A model generated the notes under the pieces. It was given only the letters and a program-made list of their open reading frames with translations, was not told where the DNA came from and searched no databases. A DNA stretch of 64,000 nt. It comes from an uncultured Methanoregulaceae archaeon (lineage in GTDB: Archaea; Halobacteriota; Methanomicrobia; Methanomicrobiales; Methanospirillaceae). Below are positions 43,537 through 53,964 of the stretch, one piece after another. How positions within the stretch are numbered: the stretch's first letter is position 1; each line of letters opens with the position of its first letter. The stretch is from positions 1,440,001 through 1,504,000 of the forward strand of contig OY970061.1 in NCBI GenBank assembly GCA_963705255.1. The letters are read 5' to 3'. Position numbers and translations under genes: made by a program.

Positions 43537-44353
43537 CTAATATTTCAATTCGTCTATCATCAGATTTTTCGGGAATTTTTTTCTCTCTGCCCAGAAGTTA
43601 TACAATAAATAGAGAGGAAATGCAGGAACAAAAAGCAAAATTAAAGAACTCATGTCTCCTCTTGCAATCCCGGTTGTAATAGTTACAATTATTGCATAGA
43701 TTAGTGCTAAAATAAATAAAGCGATAATTAATAGAAACATAATCGCTCCCAGACCCCGCAAACAAAGCCAATATTGGATTTTTAATTTTGATGGGCTCTT
43801 CTTTTCGAGCTGCTCTTTTTATGATACCCCAATCGGAAATACCTTTAGGTAATCCCTTAATCGTGCCCTTCATTTTAGGAATGATTTCTTCGCCAGTGTG
43901 GTAAATCTCGAATACTGCACCATCATTTGGATCTAAATAATCGAAAGAAAAAATGACCTCATTTGGATTTATTGGATTAATATAAGCATTAGATATATTT
44001 TCGGATCGCGTTGCTTTTAATGTCGTTACTCGCATAACCCGTGCATCTTTACCATATTCGGCTCGTAAAGGATTGGTATCAATAATATTTTTTCCATCAA
44101 AAGTTGTATATCCTGAATTCCAAATAATAATAAGATTTTTTACTAATCTTTCAACAGGCGTATTTCCAAAATAAATTTTAACATCGTCAGGAATTACTCG
44201 CTCATCTTTTCCAATAATTTTGAAAGCTTTGGTTTGATATACAAGTCGTGGACCTACCCTTGATTGCCGGTAAAGATACACGCCGACGCTTATACCTATA
44301 ATTCCAATCAAGGAGCCGATCCAATTTTGATTAAGAATTTCAAATATTCCCAT
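43537..44353 (-). CDS. Hypothetical membrane protein (N-terminal TM, beta domain, C-terminal TMs); frameshift near 43760
   Basis: ORFs 43598-44353 and 43537-43761 join with one indel; the gene ends 13 bp before the KAP start. Confidence 0.65.
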
Positions 44354-44564
44354 TGTCGCCTATCATTTTAAAATTAAATTGATTTAATATTTCATTTACT
44401 TTTTCATTCATGTAATCGCACCGATCGTATCTGGTCTATTGCCAGATATACCATTTTTAACCCTTCTCGCGGATCCGGGAGATCACCTTTATCTCCCTTC
44501 CCGTCAAATTTAACAGACCCAAGCTAGGTGCCCTTCATAGAAGGGACGGCATGGTGCAAAGACT

Positions 44565-45041
44565 ATGGCAGAAGTGGTCGAGGTTTTAGTACCCGGCGGA
44601 AAGGCTACAGCAGGTCCACCCCTTGGACCGTCGCTCGGACCACTCGGTATCAACGTGAAGGCAGTAGTCGATGAGATCAACAAGAAGACCGCCTCATTCA
44701 ACGGAATGCAGGTCCCGGTCAGGATCGAAGTCGACGCCAAGAAGGCGTTCACGGTCACGGTGGGTATCCCCCCGACGACAGCCCTCATCAAGAAAGAGGC
44801 TGGTATCGAGAAAGGTTCCGCAGAGCCCAACGTCAAAGTGGCAGGCAACCTGCCATTCGAGGCCGCTGTCAGGATTGCCAACATGAAACTCGAAGGCATG
44901 CTCTCCTACGAGCTGAAGACTGCCGTAAAGGAAGTCGTCGGCACGTGCGTCAGCATGGGAGTTACCATTGACGGCAAGAAGGCAAAAGATGTCTTCGCCC
45001 TCATCAATGAAGGCAAGTACGACAGCGTACTCGTGAAATAA
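44565..45041 (+). CDS. rpl11: 50S ribosomal protein L11
   Basis: GGKATAGPPLGPSLG and GTCVSMG. Confidence 0.98.
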   Translation: MAEVVEVLVPGGKATAGPPLGPSLGPLGINVKAVVDEINKKTASFNGMQVPVRIEVDAKKAFTVTVGIPPTTALIKKEAGIEKGSAEPNVKVAGNLPFEAAVRIANMKLEGMLSYELKTAVKEVVGTCVSMGVTIDGKKAKDVFALINEGKYDSVLVK

Positions 45042-45052
45042 GAGTGAGAAAA

Positions 45053-45092
45053 CCATAGGAGATCGGGTATAGGTCCGGTCGCAGAACTATGG
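45053..45092 (+). promoter_or_regulatory. Putative L1-binding autoregulatory mRNA structure overlapping the rpl1 SD
   Basis: CCATAG-GAG-ATCGG...CCGGT-CGCAGAA-CTATGG asymmetric internal loop, resembling the L1 site in methanococcal L1 mRNA and 23S rRNA. Confidence 0.7.
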
Positions 45093-45101
45093 AGGAACCT
45101 G

Positions 45102-45746
45102 ATGGTTGATAGGACCAGAATTTTGGAAGCCGTAAAAACGGCGATTGAGAAGGCGCCTAAGCGTAAGTTCTCTGAGAGCATCGATATTACCATCAATCTC
45201 AAGAATATCGACATGGCGCAGCCGAAGAATCGTATCGACGAGACGATAATGCTCCCCCACGGTACCGGCGAGAAGATCGGTATCTGTGTCATCGGGAAAG
45301 GCGATATCGTCACGCAGGCAAAGGATGCCAAAGTCGACCTGATCATCGGCCCTGAAGAAGTTGAGCGGCTCGGCGGTGCACCCCGCGAAGCACGGAAAGT
45401 TGCCAGTCAGTACCGGTACTTCCTTGCAGAGACGGCGGTCATGCCCGGTGTCGGTCGGTACTCAGGTCCGCGGCTCGGTCCGCGGGGCAGGATGCCGATG
45501 CCGATCTCCGGAGGGCAGGATATCCGCCCGATCGTCGAGCGCCTGCGCAACTCGGTGAAGATCCGTACCAAGGACAAGACGGTCTTCTCCACCAAGGTCG
45601 GAACAACGGCGATGAAGCCGGAGCAGGTAGCCGAGAACATCGAGACGATCGTCAAGAGGATCGAGTCTGTCCTTGAACAGGGTCACCTGAACGTCCGATC
45701 CGTCTTTGTCAAGACCACGATGGGTCCCGCAGTGAGGCTGGAATAA
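45102..45746 (+). CDS. rpl1: 50S ribosomal protein L1
   Basis: RKFSESIDI.INL, LPHG, LGPRGRMP and KTTMGP. Confidence 0.97.
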   Translation: MVDRTRILEAVKTAIEKAPKRKFSESIDITINLKNIDMAQPKNRIDETIMLPHGTGEKIGICVIGKGDIVTQAKDAKVDLIIGPEEVERLGGAPREARKVASQYRYFLAETAVMPGVGRYSGPRLGPRGRMPMPISGGQDIRPIVERLRNSVKIRTKDKTVFSTKVGTTAMKPEQVAENIETIVKRIESVLEQGHLNVRSVFVKTTMGPAVRLE

Positions 45747-46594
45747 TGGCGTTATACACCCACCACCTTCCCGCGTGGAAGAAGGACGAGGTCGCTGACA
45801 TCAAGAAGAACGCGAAGCAGTACAAGCTGATCGGGCTTGTCGACATGTACGGCATCCCGGCGCAGCAGGTGCAGCAGATCCGCAGGAACCTGCGGGGCAA
45901 GGCTGTCATCAAGGTGACGAGGAACACCCTGATCAAACACGCGTTCGAGGAGATCGGAGGGGACGTCAAGAACCTCTCGAAGTTCATCTCCGGTCACTCT
46001 GCGATCATCTTCACCAACGACAACCCGTTCAAGCTCTACAAGCAGCTGGAAAAGACCAAGACCAAGATGGCGGCAAAGCCCGGAGAGAAAGCGCCGGAGG
46101 ACATCGTCGTCCCGGGCGGTCCGACCAGTTTCAAGCCGGGCCCGATCGTCGGTGAGCTCCAGCAGGCCGGCATCCCCGCGGCTATTGAGAGCGGCAAGGT
46201 CAAGATCAAAGAGACCAGGACGGTCGTCAAGAAAGGCGGTGTCATCTCGGCAAAACTTGCCGCGGTGCTCGTCAAGCTCGACATCAAGCCCATGGACGTG
46301 GGGCTTGCCCTCCAGGCAGCCTTCCACGACGGCAGCATTTACGAGCCGTCCGTGCTCGCAGTCGATGAGACCGTCATCCTCGGACAGATCCAGCTCGCAG
46401 CCAGGCAGGCTATGAGCCTCTCGGTTGAAGCAGCGATCCCGACGAAGGACTCGATAGATGCGATCCTGATCAAGGCGGTCAGGGATGCACGCGGTCTTGC
46501 TATCGAGGCGAGCGTTTACGAGAAAGACGTTGTCGATGCGATTATCGGTAAAGCGTACAGAGAAGGCCAGGTCCTCAAGACCCTGGTAAAATAA
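45746..46594 (+). CDS. rpl10: 50S ribosomal protein L10 (P0)
   Basis: WKKDEV, Q.IRR.LRG, RNTL and GPTSFKPGP. Confidence 0.97.
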   Translation: MALYTHHLPAWKKDEVADIKKNAKQYKLIGLVDMYGIPAQQVQQIRRNLRGKAVIKVTRNTLIKHAFEEIGGDVKNLSKFISGHSAIIFTNDNPFKLYKQLEKTKTKMAAKPGEKAPEDIVVPGGPTSFKPGPIVGELQQAGIPAAIESGKVKIKETRTVVKKGGVISAKLAAVLVKLDIKPMDVGLALQAAFHDGSIYEPSVLAVDETVILGQIQLAARQAMSLSVEAAIPTKDSIDAILIKAVRDARGLAIEASVYEKDVVDAIIGKAYREGQVLKTLVK

Positions 46595-46620
46595 ATTTTG
46601 ATAGAGTTGAGGTGAATCAC

Positions 46621-46938
46621 ATGGAGTATATCTATGCAGCACTTCTCCTGCACAAGGCAGGCAAGAAGGTAGACGAGAACGGCGTCAAGGCAGTCCTGAC
46701 CGCCGCAGGTGTAGCAGCAGACGAGTCACGGATCAAGGCACTCATTGCCGCCCTCGATGGCGTCAACATCGAGGAAGCCATCAGCAAGGCAGCCGCAGCA
46801 CCGGTCGCCGTTGCAGCTGTAGCGGCACCCGCAGCAGCAGGCCATGCAGCAGCACCCGCCAAGGAAGAGCACAAGGAAGAGCACAAGAAGGAAGATGAAG
46901 AGAGCGGCATGGCAGGGCTCGGTGCCCTGTTCGGCTAA
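46621..46938 (+). CDS. rpl12: 50S ribosomal protein L12 (P1)
   Basis: [11 protein letters not shown]...Ala hinge...GLGALFG; SD GAGGTGA. Confidence 0.98.
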   Translation: MEYIYAALLLHKAGKKVDENGVKAVLTAAGVAADESRIKALIAALDGVNIEEAISKAAAAPVAVAAVAAPAAAGHAAAPAKEEHKEEHKKEDEESGMAGLGALFG

Positions 46939-47240
46939 ATCCGAGAGGTTCATCAGAGCCTCGAGGATGAGAAGATTTCCGCAGGAAATCTTCGAAATCT
47001 TTTTCCCTTCCCAGAAGGTTCAGTCTGAATCTGATATCTGAGAAAATTTCGTCAGAATTCTTTGAAATCCGAGTGGTTCATCAGAACCGCGAGGAAGAGA
47101 AGATTTGCACAGCAAATCTTCGAATTTCGGCCGATTCATCAGAACCCGAGAGACGGGAAGAACCCGTCAGAGTTCTTTGACTGAGAACAGGTTGCGAAGT
47201 GACCTGTGAGTGGAGAAGAATTCATGAGAATTCTTCGACT
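46939..47240 (+). repeat. Array of five ~58-bp double-hairpin units (REP/BIME-like)
   Basis: GAAGA..TCTTC-type hairpins at 46971, 47042, 47099, 47157 and 47215, most preceded by an ATCA- or GAA-loop hairpin. Confidence 0.8.
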
Positions 47241-47628
47241 TCCACCATATACCCGGATTGTAATTGGTTGAAATTTGTTTTTCGATCTGTTTTAATTCTG
47301 GCATAGTAGTGGATTGAGGCATCTCAATTTGCGGATAATCAAGGACATTTCATTCAACATGTTAAACTGTCTTCGACGGTTCGTAATTAAAATCCAACAA
47401 ACGGACCCGAACCGGTCCCGGTGTCTGGAGGGATTATAACGGCATTAAAAATTTCAAAGAGGTTGTAATATATTGTTTCGCTTTTTTATTTTACTCATAG
47501 TCAACCGGTAAAGATTGCATCATATCTTCTGGAACGATCCAGGGACTCCAAACAGGAGATAGGGATTTTCCCCCCAGAAGAAACTGCATTGAAGACCGGC
47601 AGACTGACGGGAGGTAATGAGAAAAACC

Positions 47629-47814
47629 ATGTCTCATAAGACCACTTTGCTCATCAACCCGGATTCCGGAGAATTGCAGTGTAAGATCTGTGGAACCATA
47701 TTTTATTCTCCGGTAAAGCCGGTTGTCGGCGAAGTATACTACCATACTGAGTTCAGCTGCCCGAACGGGTGCAACGCCGGCCCGGATCTGGATCTCTCGC
47801 ACGAGTGCAGATAG
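47629..47814 (+). CDS. Small Cys-containing hypothetical protein
   Basis: LINPDSGELQCKICG...FSCPNGC; similar to 4258-4449. Confidence 0.6.
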   Translation: MSHKTTLLINPDSGELQCKICGTIFYSPVKPVVGEVYYHTEFSCPNGCNAGPDLDLSHECR

Positions 47815-48200
47815 CGATGCCCGGAAGGAGTGGAAGGCACCGTCACCTGCCGCTTCATGCCGCCCATGGCAGACCTCTTTCGTGGCCCACATACCGGATG
47901 GCGGATAACGTTTCCTTCGGTTGCATTAATCGGGGAATGTCTTACTCCACAATCCATGGCCCGCGCCTGCAGAGCAACCGGGGTCGCCCTGGCGGCGGGG
48001 ACTGAATCGTCCATCCAGCGAGGATTAACTGGGGAAGATCTTCGTCGGAAAATCCTGGATCGCAGAGTCCGCGGGAGCATCACCCGACACCATCTTACCT
48101 CCTTCAGTGAAGTGGACCCGCATGGAACCATCGCCACGCATATATACTCCGGCAGATAACCGCTTGCCCATCGGATAGACTGTTTCAGGAGAAATCAAAA

Positions 48201-49028
48201 ATGGATTCATTCACCCTCATGATTGTTGCAGTAATTTTGATTGTCGTTGTCGTGCTCGCTGCGTTAAGCATCAGGATTGTCAAACAATGGGAACGGATCG
48301 TGGTATTATTTCTCGGAAAATTCATCGGGATACGGGGGCCCGGATTGATCGTCCTTATCCCGTTCCTCAATACCGTCCCGTACATCATCGACCTCCGGGT
48401 GATCACGACCTCGTTCAACGCTGAGCAGACCCTCACCAAGGATACCGTGCCGGTGAATGTGGACGCGGTGCTCTTCTGGCAGGTTTACGATGTGGAAAAA
48501 GCAGCGCTCCAGGTGAAAGAATACCGCGAATCGGTGCTCCTCGCGGCCCAGACCGCCCTCAGGGATGTCATTGGGAAGACCGTACTCGCGGACATGCTCG
48601 CCGGGAGGGAGGCAATCGACCACGAACTCCAGAAAACAATCCAGAACAGGATCCAGGGGTGGGGGATCAACGTCTTGTCCGTGGAAATACGCGACGTCGT
48701 TATCCCGATCCAGCTGCAGAACGCGATGTCGATGCAGGCCCAGGCAGAGCGCGAACGCCAGGCACGGGTCATCCTCGGGGACTCAGAACGGCAGATTGCC
48801 AAGAGCTTTGAGGATGCTGCAAGAACATACGCGGATAACCCGACCGCCCTCCACCTCCGGGGCATGAACATGCTGTACGAAGGACTGAAGACCAATAATT
48901 CCGTCCTGATACTCGTCCCGTCATCCGTCCTCGATACGATGGGGCTGGGCGACACGACGGGGATGATAGCACTCTCCCAGACCCTGAAGAAGGCTAAAGG
49001 TGATGCCATGGAGAAAACGCCGGAATAA
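48201..49028 (+). CDS. SPFH/stomatin (slipin) family protein
   Basis: N-terminal TM, GPGL, LTKD.V.V.VDAV, AQTALRDVIG and QAQAERERQA. Confidence 0.93.
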   Translation: MDSFTLMIVAVILIVVVVLAALSIRIVKQWERIVVLFLGKFIGIRGPGLIVLIPFLNTVPYIIDLRVITTSFNAEQTLTKDTVPVNVDAVLFWQVYDVEKAALQVKEYRESVLLAAQTALRDVIGKTVLADMLAGREAIDHELQKTIQNRIQGWGINVLSVEIRDVVIPIQLQNAMSMQAQAERERQARVILGDSERQIAKSFEDAARTYADNPTALHLRGMNMLYEGLKTNNSVLILVPSSVLDTMGLGDTTGMIALSQTLKKAKGDAMEKTPE

Positions 49029-49314
49029 TCCGGCACCGTATAATGAGACACCAGAGATCGGGGGAGGACAAAGGTATCAGGAAAAATAGTCGTATCAGAC
49101 TTTGGTGCGGCTGACAGCTGCTTTGCCGGGCCGGACGGTGAAATAGAATGGATGTGAAGATCATCCGGAACTCCCCGGTATTAAAATTCAGGATACGCGA
49201 GACAGGAGAAAACGTTTTTAGAAAAATTAACTACCCTGTCGTTGCCCAATTCATAATCCTAGAAAGCACCGGTTCCTGTATGGGCGGAAAACGATTTTTT
49301 GGACCGGGAGGGAA

Positions 49315-50314
49315 TCAGACCGGCACGCCGACGTAGATGTTGTGCTTTGTTGCCACGATCTTCACCCGGACCTGCCCGGACTCCTTCGGGCAGTTGAAGA
49401 CGGAGACGACCCGGTCGCGGGCGACGCCCAGCATCTCGCCATGGATCCAGCCCGGCGCCCGGACCTCGACGGTCACCTTCTCTCCTTTTTTAAAAGCCAG
49501 CGGGACGAACGGTCGCCTGACCGTGCCGAAGTCTTTTTCCGCGTCGAGCCTGAGCCGCAGGCCGGACTCCTTCTCCCAGGTCTTCAGGCTCCGGTTGAAG
49601 AACTGCCACCCAGCTCTGGGCCTTCACCCCCTTCGGTGTCCGGCCGTACTTGTAGCGCTCGAACTTCTGGATCCCGAGCGGGGGGAAGCGTTTGCCAGCC
49701 CCGATCTCCTGCGCATACCGGATCAGTTTTGGGATCTCGGCATCATTGATCCCGGGGATGTAGACCGGGGCGATCAGGAGGTCGATCTCACTCCGGGCGA
49801 CCGCTTCTGCCGCCATTTTGAGTTTTTCGGTATCGAACCAGTCAACGCCCGCCAGTGTCTTCGCCATCTCAGGGTCAAGCGCATGGATCGAAAGGTTGAT
49901 CCGGTCGAGCCCCGCCGACTCAAGTGCCGCGATCTTCGCATCGTCCAGGAGCGTCCCGTTGGTCTGGAGCGAGATGACGCTCACGCAGTCGATCTGCCGG
50001 AGGGCCGCGACGAGTTCCGGGAGCTTGTGGTACATCAGCGGCTCGCCCGGAGAATCGATGTGGCACTCGACGCCGGCCCCCTTGAACCAGGCGATCTCCT
50101 CCACTGCTTCGAGCAGGTACTCTATCTCGACTTCGTAACTGGTCGCCCGGGTCCGCGTGGCCGGCCCTGCGTCCACGGAGCAGAACGGACAGTTCAGGTT
50201 GCAGCCGCAGCTCGGGCGCACCTGCAGGAGGCTCGTGCCGCGGTCAATGATGCCGAAGTAGAGCGAACCGACGAGAGGGATCCCGGACTCCCGGGTAATC
50301 CTGACGTGGCTCAT
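49315..50314 (-). CDS. Radical SAM protein with C-terminal TRAM-like domain; frameshift near 49610
   Basis: FGIIDRGT..LQVRPSCGCNLNCPFCSVDAG, GEP and QTNG; the other frame ends KHNIYVGVPV*. Confidence 0.85.
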
Positions 50315-50340
50315 GCAAAAGGGCCGGGTCCTCTCCCCGG

Positions 50341-50763
50341 TCAGCCCCGGTCCGTGCGGAGCCGGTACCCGATCCACTCCCCGCGGCTGAGCTCCGGCTT
50401 CGGGTTCTCCAGGCGTTCAAAAACAAACTCGAAGGCGTCCTGGTCCACGACGCTCCTCCCGCTCTTTGTGCAGTACCGCACAAACGCCCCGTACATCTCC
50501 CCGAGTGGCACGCGGGCCCCGGGGTCGGGAACGAGGGCGTCCTCGTGGAACTTCCAGATGCCCTCGAACTCGATATCTTCGTCCATCAGCTGGCGGGTGA
50601 CCTGTTCGTCGACAGCTTCGATTGCGTCCTGCTCCCGGGAGACTGGTTCGAGGTCGCGGTAATAGTCCCGGACAAGGGTGAGGCCCTGCCGGAGGTCGTT
50701 GAGGCCCTGTTCGAGCTCCTTTATCTTCTTTTCCTGGTTGGTGATCTGGTCGGACGGCTCCAT
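50341..50763 (-). CDS. Hypothetical protein (coiled coil plus wHTH-like)
   Basis: SD GGAG, heptad-like N-terminus, and MYGAFVRYC...AFEF...WIGYRL. Confidence 0.7.
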   Translation of the reverse strand: MEPSDQITNQEKKIKELEQGLNDLRQGLTLVRDYYRDLEPVSREQDAIEAVDEQVTRQLMDEDIEFEGIWKFHEDALVPDPGARVPLGEMYGAFVRYCTKSGRSVVDQDAFEFVFERLENPKPELSRGEWIGYRLRTDRG

Positions 50764-50927
50764 TGCTCCTGATTCATGATTTTGTTTTTTGGATGATAAA
50801 GGAGTCGAATGAACGTCCGTTCATTAATTCCGGATATGATTCCTTGGTTACCGTGATTGGCCTATGTGTAGTTGCCTCAGGTATCGTTAGCGGCATTGAA
50901 TACCTCACAATAATTAATTTGTATTTT

Positions 50928-51091
50928 TATGGGGGCTGATGCCCCCATACCCCCGGTCACGATGGACGCCGCCGCCCCCGGCGGGGCGCCCCCGCGGCGG
51001 ATCAAGAACTATAAAAGTCCAACCTCCCTGCCCCGCCGTACTTGAAGAACCTGATGGTTCTTCTCGACTTCGTGGTTCTGATGAACCACTC
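50928..51091 (-). repeat. Hairpin repeat family copy downstream of hypF
   Basis: On the + strand: TATGGGGGC-TGAT-GCCCCCATA, GAAGAACC-TGAT-GGTTCTTC and GTGGTTC-TGAT-GAACCAC (ATCA loops on the - strand). Confidence 0.75.
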
Positions 51092-51158
51092 AGTCCCCGG
51101 AGAGGCCCTGATGCGGGGAAGCCTCCCAAATAAAGGGTTGTAATTGGAGACTTTCCCG

Positions 51159-53394
51159 TCAATCCCTCTTCTTCAGGAGCGTTCCGGTGTACACACACTG
51201 GCCGAAGGAGACGCACCCGTCCCCGAGCGGGTAACCGGCGTTGATGAGGCAGTCAAAGCCCTGCGCCGCGATCTCATGCCGGATCGTCTCGCGGATCGCG
51301 TGGTTGTACGCGACTCCGCCGCTCAGCGCGATGGTCTTCATGCCGTCCCGCCCGGCAGCCCGGACGGCCATCCGGGCGATCCCACGGGCGAGGTTGAACT
51401 GGAACGAAGCGGCAGTGGAGCGGACCGCCCGCAGGTCCCCCGCCGGTGCTGCCTGCACCTTCTCCAGCGCGGTCTGCAGGAGTGACCGGCTCGAGAGTAC
51501 CTCGCACCCGTCACTCGTGGAGAATGCGAGTTCCCACGGTTCGGCAACCCCGAGGGCGGCGGCCGATTCCAGTTTCATCGCGGGTTCGCCGTCATAGGTG
51601 CGCTCCCGGCAGATACCGAGGAGTGCGGCGCATGCGTCAAGCACCCTGCCGGTGCTTGTCGTCATCGCAACATTGAACCCCGTATCGACCTGCTTTTTCA
51701 GCACGCCCAGCTCGATATCCGGCCAGCCGCGGCGGGAGAGGAGCCCGAGCACCTCCTCGTCCGGGAGGATGCCGTAGAGCATCCGCTCCGGGAACCGTGT
51801 CGCAAGGTCGCCGCCCGGCATTCCCACCGCTTCGAGGTGGGCGACCCGCCGCAGGTCCGGCACCTGCCCTGAGAAGATCTCGCTGCCCCAGACCGTGCCG
51901 TCGTCCCCGTAGCCGACCCCGTCGATCGCGATGCCGGTGCAGGGCCCCGTGGTCGCGGCGGCGATGTGGGCGCGGTGGTGCTGCACCGGTACCAGTTCAA
52001 GGCCGTGTTCCGAAGCGATCTCGCGGGCAAACCGGGTGGAGAGGAACTGCGGGTGGAGGTCGTGGGCGATGACATCGAACCGTGCGCCAAGAACCCGCTG
52101 GAGGTTCCGCACGGTCTCCTGCAGGTACTCGAGGGTTGCGGGGTTCCGGACATTGCCCACATGCGGCGAGGTGACGGCAAACCCGTTCCGGTAGATCGTG
52201 GCGTTCGCGTTCAGCTCGGGGCCCACCCCGAGGATGCAGTGCTTCCCGAGATCGATCGCGGTCCGTTTCGGGGCGATCCCGCGCGAGAGGCGGATTATGT
52301 ACCCGTCCCGGACCACCGAGTCGTCACAGCGGTTGACGATCGTCCGGTTGTGGGTCAGGAAATAGTCTGCGTCCCGGTTCAGCTTCGCCATCGCGTGGCC
52401 GATGTCGGTTATCATCGGGTAGCCGGGCATGTTGGCGCTGGTCATGATCAGGAGCGGGTGGGCGAGGTGGCGGAAGAGGAGGTGGTGGAGCCCGGTATAG
52501 GGGAGCATGGCCCCGATGGTATGGAGGTTGCTGATCGTGGCATGCGCCGTCGGGTCGCGCTTCTCAAGGACGACGATAGGGTGGACCTGGCTCCCGAGCA
52601 GCTGCCGCTCCTCCTGCGAAACGCAGGCAAGCGTATCGATATGGTCCGGGCGGACCATGATGGCAAACGGCTGTTCGATCCTGCCGAGCCGGTGCTTGAG
52701 CTTACCGGCCGATTCCTCGATGCAGGCCAGGTGGAACCCGCCAACGCCCCGCACCGCGAGGATGTGCCCCGAGTCGAGCAGGGCGGCGACCTTCGCCACG
52801 GGGTCGGGGCAGTCCGCCCGCTGCCCGAGCCGGTCGAGGAGCTCCAGTCCCGGGCCGCAGGTGCTGCAGGCAATGGTCTGCGCGTGATGCCGCCGGCAGC
52901 CGGGGTCGCCGGTACTCCTTCCCGCAGGCCGGGCAGACCGGGAACGCCGCCATGGACGTCCGCTCCCGGTCGTAGGGGATCTCATGGATGATGCTGTACC
53001 GGGGCCCGCAGTTCACGCAGGACGTTGCCCAGTAGTGTTCATATCTCCCACCCGAATCGAAGATATCGGCAATGCACTCGTCGCAGATCGCGATGTCGGG
53101 CGGGATCATGCCGCTGAACGAGCCGGTCCCGCTCTTCAGGATCTGGAAGCCGTCCGGGATCTCCCGGTCGGTGTCCTCAACCTCAACGGAATCGATCCGG
53201 GAGAGCGGGGGGCCGCGGGAGACTGCGGCAAGAAAATCTTCAAAACGGTCGCCTTTCGCGTAAATCTCAACTTCACTGCCGAGGTTCTTGACCGTCCCGG
53301 AGATGCAAAACGCCTGCGCCTGTGCAAAAACAAACGGGCGGAAGCCGACACCCTGAACGATCCCGCGAACGGTAATTCTGCCCTTTTGCTGCAT
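51159..53394 (-). CDS. hypF: [NiFe]-hydrogenase maturation carbamoyltransferase HypF; frameshift near 52910
   Basis: GIVQGVGFRPF, CxxC zinc fingers, CGPRYSII..PYDR, GGFHLAC, HDLHP, QHH.AH and LGDG. Confidence 0.95.
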
Positions 53395-53451
53395 GATGCT
53401 ATCGCAAAATTTTATTGATTCGCGGCACGATATAAGTATAGGGTTTTCACT

Positions 53452-53964
53452 GTGCCGGGCCATATCCGAATCGTAAACGATCCCGTAGAGCTAGTTCCGC
53501 TCCTGATGACGTTCAACGACCCCACGTTCAAGAAGGTCTACGAACTCCTGAACAAATCGTGGCTGACCGAAGACGAGATCAGGGCCCAGGTCAATGATGA
53601 CTGCGTAGCCCTGTGCCTCCAGATCCTGAAGAAGGGAAATCTTGTCGAGGAGCAGTGGCGGATGCCAAAGCCCGGCGCCAAGCCGGAAAAAGAGTTCCGG
53701 GCGACCTACAATAAATTCCGCGCGAACTTCCAGTGCAACCTCGCGGACCTCTCCGATATCCTGTACATCTCGCTCTCCAACGACGAGAACCTCCGCGATG
53801 TCGTGGAGCAGATCGAGGGGGAACTGGGCAAGGGCAACAGCTCCATCAACGACCTCTCCCGGAAATTCGGCGTCAGCTCCGTCTTTATCAAGGGACTTGC
53901 CAAACGGATCACCCACATGGACGTGAAGGGACAGGGACTGGTACTGCTTGACACCGGGCGCTAA
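53452..53964 (+). CDS. ArsR-like/wHTH transcriptional regulator (archaeal conserved protein)
   Basis: VNDPVELVPLL, LKKGNLVEEQWRMP..G.KP.KE. Confidence 0.7.
   Translation: MPGHIRIVNDPVELVPLLMTFNDPTFKKVYELLNKSWLTEDEIRAQVNDDCVALCLQILKKGNLVEEQWRMPKPGAKPEKEFRATYNKFRANFQCNLADLSDILYISLSNDENLRDVVEQIEGELGKGNSSINDLSRKFGVSSVFIKGLAKRITHMDVKGQGLVLLDTGR

Larger units (their letters stand above)
30002..44560. mobile_element. Accessory region / putative genomic island between spt5 and rpl11
   Basis: Interrupts a normally contiguous euryarchaeal gene cluster; AT-rich blocks at both ends, an IS remnant, gene fragments, Fic and KAP NTPase. No integrase or att repeat recognised. Confidence 0.55.

Noticed and set aside
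46939-47240. CRISPR array (about 58-bp period with palindromes)
   Set aside because: The palindromes differ between units, the intervening sequences are related to one another and are themselves hairpins, and there are no cas genes or leader.
47830-48159. 109-aa ORF upstream of the stomatin gene as an NfeD partner
   Set aside because: No TM segments or OB-fold pattern, so it could not be supported as a gene.
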